From positions 372,001 through 431,821 of the forward strand of contig JAMDHS010000006.1 of assembly GCA_029717555.1 (NCBI GenBank): a DNA stretch of 59,821 nucleotides. The letters run 5' to 3'. Source of the DNA: Peribolospora baueri (lineage: Eukaryota). The translations under genes were made by a program, and so were the position numbers. Shown here piece by piece: positions 50,701-59,821 of the stretch. A model generated the notes under the pieces. It ran no database searches. It was not told the origin of the DNA and saw nothing but the letters and a program-made list of their open reading frames with translations. Position 1 is the stretch's first letter, and each line of letters opens with the position of its first letter.

Positions 50701-50826
50701 GGCGACGGCGGCCTGGTGAGCGGAAAGAGCGGAGAGAGTGGCGAGGGCATGGGAGAGAGCGTCGCGGAGAGTGTTCCTTTCTGTAGTCGTCGTTGTCGTT
50801 GTCGTCGTCGTCGCCGTCTCGGCCAT
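47755..50826 (-). CDS. DUF1308/DUF5614 (UPF0415, C7orf25-like) protein, multi-exon
   Basis: Motifs SSNAPYLLSV, KVDVVADGGRRWVRVNT, LNLDLSTLVAFVSDISH, IVELVGGPSELVRARALF, CTTLSTNAGSVR and PRSLAE match the family pattern as I recall it. ATG at 50826 (MAETATTT). Confidence 0.75.
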
Positions 50827-51424
50827 GGAGGTGTCTATCGGTCGGTCGGTCGCGAGGAAGTGAGCGGAGAAGGAAGACAATTTTGATTTGATCGGTGCCC
50901 GCGCGATGCGATGCGACCGACGGATCTCATCCATCCAACAGCTTGTCAACGTTTCGAAAGAGCAACAAACAAACATACGTCGCGCCGGTGCGCCGGTTGC
51001 AAGATGACGTTAGCAGCCGAGCAAGCGAACGAACGAACGAACGAACGAACGAACAAACGAACGAGCGAGCGAGCGGGTATGGTAGGGCGGGGTAGGACAT
51101 GACGGAGGGACGACGGACGGAAGGACAGGCGAAAGAGGGGAGAGGAAGCGAGCGGGACATCCTCCACCGAAGAGCAGGAAAAGAGAAGAAGAGAGAAAGA
51201 GAGAGAGAGAAAGGGAGAGAGAGAGATGTGCGAGGGGGGAAATACGCGGGAAAGAAGAACGACAACAGAGGAGGCGCAGGCGAAATAATAAGCGCAAGAT
51301 GGCGACGTGGGGGATGGGTGTCTATGAACGGTGGACGGTGCACGGCGAGGGAGCGGCTTTAAAGGGAGCAGCGAAGGATATCGAAAAGGGACTCTAGCAA
51401 TGGGTGGGCCTAACATTACTCGCC

Positions 51425-54400
51425 TTAGCTCCGACCGTTGGGAGCGCCGTTCCCACCTTCCTCTCCGCCGTTCCCGCCCCTGTTCGGCGACGGAGACGAC
51501 TCCACGGCACCCGAGCCCCGCGCTGCAGACCCGCTCGAGCCGGTACCACCAGGCTGGCCGACCGAACCACCACCTCCACCCCCAGCTCCACTACCACCTC
51601 CTCCTCCACCGCCAGGCGCTCCCGCCGCGCTGCCGCCCTGTCTCGCAGAGAGCAAGCTCTGGAAGAAGCTATGGAGCACTTCCGTCTGCGTAGCGCCGGT
51701 CGTCGGCGAGCCCTGCACGCCGGCTGGGGCGCCCGCAATGCCGAAGCCGCCGCCACCGACGGGCGTGCCGGGGGCGACGGGGAGAGGGCTCGCGGCGGAA
51801 GGTGGAGGGCGCGGGGATGTGGCACCTGTTCGCGATGGGTGGGCCGTCGCGCGGTCGTGTCGCGCGGACGACGCGTCGACCGACGGGCCGTAGCTGGAGG
51901 GAGAGTTGAGCGGAGGAGAGCGTGCGGCGGCGACGGCGGCTGCGGCGGTGGAGATGGGAGCGCGACCGGTGGGATCCTAAAATGAGGGCAAAAAAAGATG
52001 AGATGAGATGAGACGAGTGGGAGAAAGGAAATCGGTTCCAAGCTTACCCTCCGGGAGATGCGGTCCAGCCTGGCGCCGACGTTATCGAGCGTCTCGGCAT
52101 CCATGAGCACCCTCTCGACGCTCGGTAAAGAAAGGCTAGAGCTGCCCATCGGGCCCACCACGCTCGTGCCGGCCACGCCAGAGTGGTAGCCGGAAAAGTT
52201 GGCATCGATGTCGCGCGTGGACGTGGACGTGGACGTGGACGCTGGTTGCGGGGCAGTGGAGGAGGCGCCGGGCGCCTGCTGACGGAATTGGGACCGCGGG
52301 TCGCGGTCCTCCTTTTGGAGCGCTTCGTAGTGCTTCGCCAGGAAGGCTTGTTCGTCCGTGGCAGTGACGCGGGACGTGTTGGCAAGGAGCGGCTGGGGAT
52401 TAGAGAGGAGAGGAGACGAGTCCAAACGTCAAACCCAGCAGCGTCGGCGCGGAGATGGGAGAGAGACATGACGGGCTCACCTGATCGTCCGCTTCGAGAT
52501 CGGCCACCACCTCTCCATAGCTCTTGACGGCGCTCCGCACGCCCTCCTCCTTATCGACGACCGACTCCGCCTCGTCCACCTCCGCCTCATCTCTGCCCAG
52601 CGCCCTCCTTTCCTTCTTCAGCCGCTCCACCTCCACGTCCCACTCCCACCCCTTGCCGCACGCCCGACAGTCGAAGCCTTCGCGGAGAACCCGGATCTTT
52701 CCCCAGCTGTCCCAGCCGCTCGGGACGACCAACGTGTCCCTGTCGACCGTGCTGGCGCGGTACGGGAACGGGAACGCTGTGCTCCCGCCCGCGGCGGCCG
52801 TCGGAGGCGGCGGAGGTCCGAACCCGTTCGCGGCGGGCGCGGCCGAAGGGGACGTCGGAGACGCGGGGACGGGAGCGTGGGATGCGACGGGCGTGAAGAG
52901 ACGGTGGAGGATGTAAGAGCGTAGGATGGAGAACGATTGTGGCCGGGTGTGGGAGGTGAAGAAGAGGGCGGCGCCATCTGCCCGACGAGACGAGACGAGA
53001 CGAGACGAGCGAGATGAGCGAAACGAGGGTGAGATCCGAATCAGCATCAGGCTGCCGCGTCCGTCAGGGTTCGACCGGGGGCAACTCACATTTGAGGCAG
53101 ATGGTGCGAAGGACTTGCTGAATGTAGTCGAACTGCTCCTCCTTGAAATCTCGTTCCCTCTCCAGATTGGGTATCAGATCGGCCTGACGCAGCGATGACG
53201 ACAACCCAGTCGAATCAGGTCAGCGAGCGCACCGCCGTGGGAGAAGGAGAAGGGCGGGAAGCGGAAACAGCAGCGGCGTGCGTCGCTACTCACCTTTGTG
53301 CACACGACGCAGATCGGCACCCCCCAGTTGTCGGTGAGCGTGCCTTCGCTGAGGGGCAAGGCGGTGTCCGGATCGGTGCTCGCCATGGGCGCCGGCAAGA
53401 CGGCAGAGCTGGCAGAGCCGGTCGCGGCGGCGGTGGTGGAGGTGGAGGCGCCGACGGTGCCGGCGCCGTTTGTCTGGGCCGACGACGCAGACGGCGACGG
53501 CTCGACGTAGGAGCGAATGTATGCTTCCACTGTATCGTCGCATGATGAAAGGCGGGGCTGAGAATATCAGCTCGATGGAACTTGGGGGTCTAGTCAAACG
53601 GCACGAGCCGAGCCGAGGATGGGACGAAGGAGCGCCCCTGCCACTCACGCCTCTCTCGCATCTCGTCCAAGATGACGCCCGCTTGATTCCACTTCCTCGT
53701 CTCCTCTACGGTCGCCCCGGCTTTCGCTCCACGCTTGCCGCTTGCCGCCTCGACGCAGGTGTGAACGACATCGAGCCAGTCGCGAAGCTGGACGAGGAAG
53801 TGCCACGGCGTCTCCCAGTCGAGCACGATGAGGATGAGCGAGTCGCGGAGAGACTGGGCAGAAGCGGTGCCGACGCTGGTCGAGGCCGCGGAAGAGGGAG
53901 GAGCAGAGGAAGAAGACGTTGTCGGGTCTGTAAAGGCTTTCGGGGCCGGGAGGGCTGCGGTAGAAGGAGAGTCTGACGAAGGCAGGGCGGTGGTGGAGCT
54001 GGGGAACGCGAAAGGGAGGAGAGAGAGGTAGGTGGGATGGGAAGAGTGGAGCTGGTATACACCTATCCGTGCGATCACGTCTGGACAAGGACATGGAGGA
54101 AAGCGGTGAGTGAGGCGAGGGCGAAGGCGGGACGGGGAGCAACTCACCCTCTCCATCCTCGTCGCCCACATCAAAGTACCCATAGCCGAGACCGAGGTCG
54201 AGGGCGCGGTCGACCGTCTTCTTCTCTTCGGCCCCTTCGTCTGTCGCCGGATCTCCGTTGGCAAGCGAGCCGTTCACGGGCGTAGGGACGGCGGCGGAGG
54301 GTAGAGCGGAGGAGAAGGAAGGGTTGATGAAGCCCGAAGGGGATGAAGCCGCGAGATTGGAGACGAGGGTGGATTTTCCGGTTTGCGTCTCGCCTTGGAG

Positions 54401-54794
54401 GAGCGGTGAGGGAGAAGTTAGGGAAATGGGTGAGAATGCGAGGTTGAAAAGGGAAGAGGCACGGAGACTCACCGAGAACGATGACGTTCTTCGTCGGCAC
54501 GGCCTTGCTGCTCGCCACGCTATTCAAGATGCTGCTCCACAGCTCTCCCTCGGCGGCGGCGGCAGCACCACCAGGAGCGGCGGAAGAGGAGCTATTGGCG
54601 TTTGCGCCGGCAGCGTCTCCTGACGATTGCGCTCCGGCGTCGGCGGCGCCAGGTTCGCCCCTCGGTCGGGCGGGTCCGAGGGCAGCGATGAGATCGGAGG
54701 GTAGGCCGTTGGACTCGCCGTCCTCCGGTGAGGACGCAGCTGCGGCAGCGGCGGCGGCGGCGGCGGTGGTGGTGGCGGCGAGGGAGCCGTCCAT
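51425..54794 (-). CDS. Cytoplasmic dynein light intermediate chain, multi-exon
   Basis: ELWSSILNSVAS, VIVLGETQTGKST, LGLGYGYFDV, LIVLDWETPW, EGTLTDNWGVPICVVCTKAD, EEQFDYIQQVLRTICLK.GAALFFTS, DRDTLVVPSGWDSWGKI, DEQAFLAK and a C-terminal EVLHSFFQSLLS adaptor helix. Confidence 0.9.
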
Positions 54795-56532
54795 GCTTAG
54801 GGCAAGAGCAGACGGGGTTGGGGGACAAGCAGGTGGCTGTCGCCGTTGCGATGGTGAAGGCGAGTCGAGAATTCGCGGCGGCTGCGCCGTCGCGGTCCTC
54901 CGTAGTCGGGGGCGAGGATCTCGGTGGTGGTCCAGACGTTCTCGTGGTGGCAGACCAGACGTTGCTGACGGCAGACCGGCGAGGACGCTGTCGTGTTGGT
55001 GGTGGCAGAGCGGTGAAGACGCTCTCCCTAGCTTGCTCGCCGACGATGTGCAACTGTCGATCCCAAAAGGGACGCGACCATCCGCGGTCGGTGCGGTCGC
55101 CGGCGGGCTAACCCTACTTCCCTCGACTGCGGCCGAGGTCGCGCTCGCCGCCAGTCAAGTACTCTAGACGAGAGAGAGAGAAGTCGACGATCATCGTCGA
55201 TGCTGCAAGCATGCGGTGACGGATGGCATGGCCGAGTTTTGTTTTCAGATCCAGCGGGCCAAGCCTTGGACTTGGCCTTTTTTCTTCTCCAAGCTCGCAA
55301 CCTGCCTTCTTCTCCTCTAGGTATAGTATAGATCGAGTCGGACAAGGCGGCAGTCGGCGGACGCTGGCTGGCGAGCGTCCCGTCCGTCGTCGTGGCCCAG
55401 GACGGGTCTTGTTTTCGAAGGCGGCGGCATGCGAAGACATACATGTGTAGCCAAGGAAGGAGGGATGCCCGCACGGATGGAAGATAGGGCTCGCAGGTTA
55501 TGCGGGGGACCGAATGCGTTCTGTGCCGTGTCGAAGGACACGTGGATGGACTGGCGCTGGAAAAAAGAGGGGAGAGGCGGGGAGGAAGGAACGAGCACGG
55601 TCTCGAAGGCCGTCCGCCCGTCCGTCCGTCCATCCATCCATCCATCTCTCGAGCTGGAGCTGGCTTGCCTTGCCGTCGGAGCCGGCGGTAGGCGTGGGTA
55701 ATCTGCTTGCTTGCTTACTTACAGGAGAAGGATGGGGGGCTGGCGGTGGCGTGCCCGCTCGATCCACGCTCGACCTGGGCTTTTTGGCGAGGGAAGGCGT
55801 TCGTTCGTTCATCGTTCGTTCAGCCATTCATTCGTTCGTTCGTTCGTTCATCCCGCTGGCGCACATGCATGAAGAGGCGACTAAGCGAGCGTAGCGTGTT
55901 CGCCCGTGTGTCGTCGACCGACGTCACCGTCGCGAGGTTCGCGTTCGATCGCCGACGGCGAGGGAGAGAGCGCAGACAGACAGACAGATGCAGGAACAGA
56001 AGAAGGAGCAACGGCGTGGCTGGACTGGACGAGCGGAGGCCGGCGACGATGACGGCGACGACGACGACGACGACGACGGCAACAGCGAGGCGGCTGAAGC
56101 TCAAGCTGACGCTCAAGCTCGGTCAGCTGGCTCGTTCGATGTCGTTCGCCTGGGCGCGACATGGAAATGGGTCGCCATCGCTGGGAGATAGAGACGATGT
56201 AGATACACACCAACACGCAACGACGACACACGCCTGCCTCGCCTCCCTCCTCCTCCTCCTCCTCCTCCTTCTCTGCCTCCGTCTGCTCGGCCGTCGGCTG
56301 GCTGACTGGCGCGAGCGTCGACGACGGGGCCGAGCACGACCCGAGTGGTGGACGTGGAGGAGGGGTGGGTGTGTGATGCCGACGACGACGCATCCTCATG
56401 TCGGTGTCGGTGTCGGTGTCGGTGTCGTCTCTCCTCGCCTCGGCTCGTCCCGGCTCTCGTTGGCTGTCACGACACATGCTCATGCGCGCCGGCTTGTGCG
56501 AGTGTCATGTCAGTGCGAGTGCAAGTCTATGC

Positions 56533-56629
56533 ATATCATATCATACCATCCATACCATACCATACCGTACCATACCATATTTACGTCCACACCCATATCA
56601 TACCATACCATACCATACCATACCATACC
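56533..56629 (+). repeat. (CCATA)n pentanucleotide microsatellite, interrupted
   Basis: Direct reading of two tracts of ccata units upstream of the WOPR gene. Confidence 0.85.
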
Positions 56630-57084
56630 TCACGTCCACACAACGTCGGCGCCGACCATGCCCATGCCCATGCCTGCGTGCAGTGCCACTGCAGCCCACG
56701 GCGCTGCCCACCCTCCGCTCGCGCCTACTTCCATATCCAACTGCAGCCGCTCATATCCCGCCTCGTCTCGCCTGAGCCCACGCCGGCCCTACCTTAATTA
56801 CCCTCGCCTTGCCTGAGCCCTGCCTTTCCTCGTCCTTCGCTCGTCCTTCGCTCGCCCTTCCTTTCATTCCAACCCCTCTCCCTCCTCGCCGCCCTTCCAT
56901 CGTCCTTTACACCACCCCGCTCCACTCCAACATACAATACATACATACATATACACGTCAAGGCCAACCCCACTCGCCGCCTTCCATCTTGCTCCCCTCC
57001 TCGTCCTCCTTCCTCCCACTCCCACTCGTAGACCGGCAGCTTCACGTCTCGTCTCTGCTCTCGCCGTCTCCCTCCTAGTCCACC

Positions 57085-59053
57085 ATGACCACCCACCACG
57101 CCGGCCCGCACCGCTTGCCCCCGATCATCCTTCCCCTCCAACCGCCCGTCTTTCCGGCCCACCTGTCTTCCTCCTCCTCCTCCTCACCCTCGTCGTCGTG
57201 CTCCCTCTCCCCCCGATACCGTCCTTTCCCCTCGCCCTACGCCCCAACGCGTCCCGTCTTGCCCCCGATCGCACGACTCGACATCGTCCCCGACGCCGCC
57301 TTTGCGCACGGACCGCCGCCGCCGCCCGCTCACGTCGCATCTCATCACACCCACCTTGGCCCTCGCCCTGGTGACGCCGCCACGTATCTCCCCGGCGGCG
57401 CATGCCCTTGGCCCCCGCCATACCACGTCGCGCCCTCGTCCTCGTCTGCCGCACCGACCCCGACCCCGGCCCAGCCGGCCAAACCTGCACCTTTCTTCCC
57501 GACCCTCTCCTCCTCCTCCTCCTCTTCCTCTTCCTCCTCCTCCGCCTGCTCCAACTTCTCCTCCGACTCGTCCACTGCAACCTCCCACACCCCGACCCCG
57601 GCCCTGGCCGACCAGCAGCCGACGTACATCGGCCACGTCAAGACAGCCACGGACGCCATCCTTCTCCTCTCCGCCTGCGACCTCCCCGCCCCTCCTCCGC
57701 CCTCGTCCTCGTCCTCGTCCGATCTTCCCGTCCCCGTGCCCGTGCCTCCACGCCGCGTCACCCGCCGCCTACTCGATGGCGAGCGCGCCGCCCTCGTCCG
57801 TAGCGGCGCCGTGTTTGTTTGGGACGAGAAGGAGGCTGGGATGAGAAGGTGGACGGACGGGAGGTGTTGGAGCGCGAGTAGGGTCAGCGGATCCTTCTTG
57901 AGCTACAGGGAGCTCGAGGTCAAGACGAGGTGGGCGTCCGACTTTCGTTCCTCGCTCCTACACTGCTCTTTCGTTGACCCCCCGTCTTCATTTCACTTTC
58001 CTCAGGCCTGGCGGCTCCTCCCTTGGCCCGCCGACGACGAACCAGTACAAGCCCGACGGCCTCGTCAAGCAGTCCTTCAGCATCACCACCGCCTCCGGGC
58101 GCAGGCTGCACGTCATCAGCTACTTCACCAAGCGAGACGTCAGAGAAGGTCGCCTCGGGCGCGTCTCCGATGACCCCCGCTTCCGCTTCCACTTTAGCCG
58201 CCGCTCGTCGTCGTCGTCGGCGGCATCGGGCGCCACGGTGGCACCCGAGAGAAGGTGGGAGGTGACGGTGGACGAGGTCGAATACCCAGCTCCGATCATC
58301 AGGTCTGGAGAAGTGCCAGCTGCCAGCCAACAACAACGACAACAGCAGCAGCGGCAGCGACACCGAGTCGGCCCGACCAACAACTCCGTCCCCTCCCCCT
58401 CCCCCTTGCCCCGACCCTTCTCCCTCCTCCGCAGACGCTCCGAGCCCGATTCTTGCACGACCTACGCCGAGCCATCCGCTCATAACCCTCGTCCTCGTCC
58501 TCGTCCTTGTTCTGGTCTTGCTTCTGGTCCTGCTTCTCGTCTTGGGGCCGGGGCCGGTCCCGTTCGCAGCGCTGCGGCACAGAACCGTTGGACGCGCCGG
58601 TTGAGCGCCGGCGGTGGTGCGCCGTACCGCGTTCCCGATAGGGGCGACAGGGCCGGAGGCGACGATGGCGGGATCACCGACAAAGACGAGGAGGAGAACG
58701 AGGAGGAGGAGGAGGAGTGGCAACGTAGTGGATGGTCATCAGAGTCAAAGGCAACGACCGACGCTGACGACGACGCTGCGGGGGCTCTTCTCAGCCTCCG
58801 CTCAGCAGCGCCAAGGACGAGCGCGACCCGCCTTTCCGCCTCGTCCCCTCCTCACTCCGACGTCGTCGCGGCCGCCAAGCTTCCCAAGCTCCCCTCGCTG
58901 ACGGAGACATCGCCACTGCATGCGCGCCTGCACTGGGATGCCAAGCTGATTGCGACGGCGGGCGCGGGCGCAGGCGCGGGTGCGGGGGCGGGAGTTGACA
59001 CGGAGGACAGGAAGGCGCTCGACAAGCTTTGGCGAGGTCTTTGGACGCTCTGA
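57085..59053 (+). CDS. Gti1/Pac2 (WOPR) family transcription factor, Pac2-type; intron 57930-58005
   Basis: PTYIGHVKTATDAILLLSAC, RRVTRRLLDGER, SGAVFVWDEKEAGMRRWTDGRCWSASRVSGSFLSYRELE, YKPDGLVKQSFSITT..LHVISYF and a C-terminal EDRKALDKL. Confidence 0.92.
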
Positions 59054-59177
59054 ACGACGCGGCGCTGGCAGACCTCTGTCTCCGCCTCCGTCTGTTTCCC
59101 GTTCTCATTCTTCCCCGTTCCTCGTTTCCTGCTGTGCTGTCTACCGCCTACCGCTCCCCCCGTCCGTCCGTCCGAAG

Positions 59178-59247
59178 TTCCATTATCGTTTGGGCTATTT
59201 TCGTAACTGCTATCCTTCTATTACTTTCATTACCTGTATTAGCTGGT
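59178..59247 (+). pseudogene. cox1: Probable NUMT: short fragment of mitochondrial cox1
   Basis: AT-rich island in GC-rich DNA: ccattatcgtttgggctattttcgtaactgctatccttctattactttcattacctgtattagctggt. It reads PL(F)VWAIFVTAILLLLSLPVLAG with one apparent 1-bp deletion, matching the conserved COX1 PLFVW...TA.LLLLSLPVLAG segment, and uses TTA/TCA/GTA codons. Confidence 0.8.
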
Positions 59248-59755
59248 AAATTTGTGCCAGTCTACTGTACTGTGCTCGAGTATTCGTACTTCCTTTTCTT
59301 TTGCTCCCTCGTCTTCCTCGCCGTCTTCCTCGCCCGAGCCCGCCCATGTATCCCTCGTTTCCCTCGGAGTCTCGCCCAGTTGTCTCCAGCCTCTCGTCCT
59401 CGTTCCCGTTCCCGTTCCCGTTCTCCACCTCGAATCGGATGTCCTTCCAGCTCGCCCTCTCTTCCCCTCCTGCTGTTCTCCTTCGTTCCTTCCCGTCTCC
59501 CTATCGTCCGTCATACGTCCATCTGCTCGCAGGGCCTACGGCGCACGCCCTCGCAATAATCACAAAAGCGCTCTTCCTCTTCCTTTGACGGCGACGGAAG
59601 CGGAAGCAGAAGCAGAAGCGGAAAGAACGCTGGTTATATGAAAGAGCTGCGGTCGCGATCGTCACGCAGCCGCTGCCGCAGTCAGGGGGTGGGCCCCACA
59701 CATCGGGTTCGGCCGAGTTGGGGGTCGTGCGTGCGAGTATCTTATATCTTATCTT

Positions 59756-59782
59756 GCCTTGCTTTGCTTTGCTTTGCTTCGG

Positions 59783-59821
<39 letters not shown>
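59756..59821 (+). repeat. (GCTTT)n followed by a poly-T tract running to the window end
   Basis: Direct reading. The T run spans 59784-59821. Confidence 0.9.

Noticed and set aside
38937..59053. Possible mating-type locus (KEX1 plus a Pac2-type regulator)
   Set aside because: No pheromone precursor, STE3 receptor or homeodomain genes were seen. Neighbours are housekeeping genes.
3473..59247. Functional link between the putative cox1-related PPR gene and the cox1 NUMT
   Set aside because: They are about 51 kb apart with unrelated genes between, and the PPR target is unverified. Most likely coincidence.
59784..59821. Terminal poly-T as a telomere or retroelement tail
   Set aside because: No telomeric repeat is present and the sequence is truncated by the window edge. 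It may simply be a contig break at a homopolymer.

Overview
Gene-dense, GC-rich, intron-rich eukaryotic DNA. The GT-AG introns with CTRAC branch points and the gene content indicate a fungus, most likely a basidiomycete. I reconstructed about 17 protein-coding genes by eye from exons: ArfGAP (Gcs1-like), a large mitochondrial-type PPR protein, a small orphan membrane protein, Bub3, Brr6/Brl1, an STL1-like MFS sugar porter, a GT71 mannosyltransferase, CCS1, a DEAH helicase (Dhr2/DHX33-like), a large protein with an N-terminal histone-fold-like region, a 111-aa hydrophilic protein the ORF track covers only partly, Kex1, cytosolic TrpRS, Yaf9, a DUF1308/C7orf25-like protein, dynein light intermediate chain and a Pac2-type WOPR transcription factor. 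Non-coding features are an intron-containing tRNA-Glu(CTC), a frameshifted Ty3/gypsy integrase remnant with an adjacent degenerate repeat, many microsatellites and a ~70-bp AT-rich mitochondrial cox1 fragment (probable NUMT). This is mostly housekeeping sequence and I see no coherent multi-gene novel system. The best leads are the histone-fold-like protein, the cox1 NUMT and the small spliced hydrophilic gene with CRE-like sites. Exon boundaries are manual and no database searches were run.
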